From NCBI GenBank assembly GCA_000697335.1, contig JNEM01011953.1, forward strand, positions 1 to 39,799: DNA of 39,799 nucleotides, written 5' to 3'. Shown piece after piece: positions 37,746-39,799 of the stretch. The position numbers and the translations under genes were made by a program. Every line of letters starts with the position of its first letter. The stretch's first letter is position 1. This DNA comes from Conidiobolus incongruus B7586 (Eukaryota). The notes under the pieces were generated by a model, which saw only the letters and a program-made list of their open reading frames with translations, was not told the origin of the DNA and searched no databases.

Positions 37746-37827
37746 GACAGTTTGTCCGAGTGGTTAAGGAGTCAGACTTGAAATCTGATGGGCTTCGCCC
37801 GCACAGGTTCAAATCCCGTAGCTGTCG
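37746..37827 (+). tRNA. tRNA-Ser, anticodon UGA (reads UCA), intronless, 82 nt
   Basis: Acceptor stem GACAGTT/AGCTGTC with discriminator G73; D-arm TCCGAGTGGTTAAGGA; anticodon arm TCAGA-CTTGAAA-TCTGA; long variable arm GGGC-TTC-GCCC; T-arm ACAGG-TTCAAAT-CCCGT; T5 run at 37840-37844. Confidence 0.95.
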
Positions 37828-39799
37828 ATTATAGACCTATTTTTGTGATTAAAAGTTATGATTTTTGTCTCTTATAAAAATAAACATTAATTAAACTTAT
37901 AATCTCTCAAAATTATTTTTATTATCATCTTCAATTTATCTCAACAAACTACTTTACAAAAATATTCACCAGTTAATCATTAATTTTACATCTATATTTT
38001 AACTTTTAATGTACTATATATTTTATCAATTGATCAATTTAAAAAAGAATTAATTGTGAATAAACTAGATAAAATGAATGAGTGAACCTCTTTGGATATA
38101 GTAATTTTTTAATAAATCAATATTATGGCAAATGGAATTTTGATATAATTAAATATTGATTAGTTTGATAATTTTTAAGGATATATTTCAACTTATTTAA
38201 TTACCTTTTCAAAATCAAAAATTTTTATTTATTATAACTAGACCTTGTTTTATTATTATAATTTATTTTACCTATGTTTTATTTTATAAACTTAAATTCA
38301 GAATATTATATATTACGATATACAAATATGTGACATCAAATGATCATAAATAGCCATATATTACAGATGTCATTTATTTTATATAATAAATGTAATATTG
38401 ATTATATGAATTGACATTTAGTGGTATTATTGGGTTAAATGATTTATAAGATTTTTCAATCAAATGGTATATAATGTATATCAATTTAATTATTTTAATG
38501 CATTTTCCCAAAATTATGATAATTTTCATTTTACATAAAACCCTAGAAATATAAATAAAAATTATTTTTTTCAGAAAGTCCATAATAATAAATGGATATT
38601 AAATTAATATATTGAATCTAATGATTCAAAATAATATATATATCAAGTGTTAATTAATATATATAATATTTGTTATAATAGAGAAGTTAGTGGCTTTTAT
38701 AAGCTATATTGTAAAATAAAAAAAATGAATATTTGTAGTTTATATTTTTATAAAATATTGGTTTTTAGCTATGCTCTTATTATTATTAATTTAAATAATA
38801 ATAAAATTATGATTTTTTTGTTCAAACTTAAAAAATTTGAATAAATTGAAAATATGAATAAATTGATAAATATTATAAAATTAATAACCAAATATTATTC
38901 AAAAATATATTATAAATTACAATAATAAGTGAAAAAATGAATAAGAGATATTTGTATCATTTAAGTTTAATAATCATATAGAGTGTAATTTTAAAATTTT
39001 TCTTATTAAATATATTTTATCCAAATATCACTTTATTAATTGCTATAATTTTTATTTTTTATTTTTATATTAATTAAACTCAATTTAGTATTCATTTTTG
39101 ATTATATTTATTGATTTCTCTTAATTAAAACGATAATATCAGTTTATTTTAAGTTATATATATAATTCTATATATATTTATTCAGTTTTTTTAATTTATA
39201 AATAATATATTACTATTTTATATATAATCTATTTAAAGATATATAATATAAATATGGTGATAAATACCAATATAGTGTAAAGGAAGACTTAATATAAAAG
39301 TAGTGTAACACAGAACATGGTATTATAATATGGCTATAGTATACAAATATAAATAAAGTTTAATTAAGCTTCAAATTGGGATAAGTCACTGATATATTGA
39401 GATTTATATTAGATAGTGCCAATGTACTATAATATTGATAGGATATAGTCTCAATCTTAGAAATAGTGAAAAAAATAAGAAATAGTAAGAATTGAGAGAA
39501 AAAAAGAGGAACCTAGTTTATTAGATAATTCAATACTATTTATATAATTAATTTAGCTATAAAAGTATAAATTAATCATATAATTTATAGTTAATTAAAT
39601 TATATGAAAATATATATAAAAATTTAAAGAATTAGTCTCTTAACATATAAGAATTCTTTTTGATAATTATTAATAATATTTTAATTAAATAAAAAATAAT
39701 ACTAATAAATTAATAAATATAAATATTAATAATATATTGAAATATAAAAATATTATATAAAATTCAATTATTTATATTATATATTAATATAAAGGAAAT

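Noticed and set aside
37746..37827. Selenocysteine or opal-suppressor tRNA, because of the TGA in the loop and the long variable arm
   Set aside because: TGA is the anticodon itself and reads UCA (Ser). tRNA-Sec would need anticodon TCA and an extended acceptor stem; this one has a standard 7/5 fold.
1217..37827. Functional gene cluster or novel multi-gene system
   Set aside because: The neighbours act in unrelated processes (lipid synthesis, splicing, cohesion, transcription, Rho signalling, dynactin, retromer). There are no biosynthetic, defence, CRISPR or viral signatures.
16732..38844. Hydrophobic I/F/Y/N/K-rich ORFs (16732-16914, 22342-22617, 22614-22862, 25695-25892, 38374-38583, 38647-38844)
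   Set aside because: Their composition is what random AT-rich DNA gives, several lack an ATG, and there is no GC elevation or domain signal.

Overview
This is eukaryotic, very AT-rich genomic DNA. The short GT-AG introns and fungal-type proteins point to an early-diverging (non-Dikarya) fungus; that assignment is an inference. Splicing the ORF fragments by hand gives nine protein-coding genes: choline/ethanolamine kinase (+), CEF1/CDC5L (-), cohesin SCC3/STAG (-), an FHA-forkhead transcription factor (+), Rho-GDI (+), a short intronless THOC5/FMIP-like coiled-coil gene (+), centractin ARP1 (-), a LisH-CTLH-WD40 protein with a TOPLESS/SMU1-like N-terminus (-) and VPS35 (+). There is also one tRNA-Ser(UGA). 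All 34 inferred coding introns are GT-AG and 47-68 nt long, except one of 88 nt. I found no operon-like or defence system and no CRISPR array; this is mostly housekeeping sequence. The best leads are an inverted ACGCGAA (MCB/SCB/E2F-like) pair in the SCC3 promoter, the poorly characterised TOPLESS-like WD40 gene, and a complex forkhead promoter with its own binding sites and a long 5'UTR intron. Weaker leads are a possible presequence-bearing choline kinase isoform, a hAT-like relic next to the tRNA, and a 16-bp inverted repeat bounding 2.8 kb of AT-rich desert.
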